Below are positions 63,931 through 64,000 of a DNA stretch of 64,000 bases, piece after piece. The position numbers and the translations under genes are program-made. The notes beneath the pieces are model-generated. The model saw only the letters and a program-made list of their open reading frames with translations. It was not told where the DNA came from and ran no database searches. Position 1 is the first letter of the stretch. Each line of letters begins with the position of its first letter. This DNA comes from Chiloscyllium plagiosum (Eukaryota), in contig NC_057718.1 in assembly GCF_004010195.1 (NCBI RefSeq), positions 19,054,588 to 19,118,587 on the forward strand, given 5' to 3'.

Positions 63931-64000
63931 AAAGATATAGAGCACCCTTCACAACCTCAAGAGTATTGTACCATATAGAATTCACTAAGTTACCTAATTA

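Noticed and set aside
59255..64000. Upstream RASGRP3 REM-domain exons
   Set aside because: No matching translation found; they must lie beyond the window end.

Overview
Eukaryotic, repeat-rich genomic DNA from a cartilaginous fish. HE1-type SINEs with (TAGAT)n tails and CR1/HER1 LINEs point to a shark; a carpet/bamboo shark is an inference only. Two protein-coding genes converge tail-to-tail. On + is the last coding exon of FAM98A (936-1766; RGG/Tyr-rich tail with an expanded 39-bp coding repeat). On - are 11 coding exons of RASGRP3 (59254 down to 13827; 1714 nt, 570 aa plus stop, GT-AG introns, consistent phases), covering the CDC25 GEF domain, two EF-hands, the C1 domain and the C-tail; the 5' exons lie beyond the window. 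The rest is intron or intergenic DNA full of CR1, L2 and Rex1/Babar LINE fragments, tRNA-derived SINEs, a Tigger-like MITE, an ancient Gypsy-type LTR relic (gag zinc knuckles, no pol visible) and many Penelope-like (PLE) remnants. The most striking non-genic structures are: (1) two young ~220-bp fold-back elements with 89-94 bp near-perfect palindromes, 12-14 bp target-site duplications and a minimal hammerhead ribozyme core in each arm; (2) a recent inversion with a perfect 65-bp inverted duplication; (3) a 56-bp inverted repeat beside the 37-nt C1-domain micro-exon. I see no clear evidence of a wholly new protein-coding system. Family names come from recall of consensus sequences, not database searches, and repeat boundaries are approximate unless stated.
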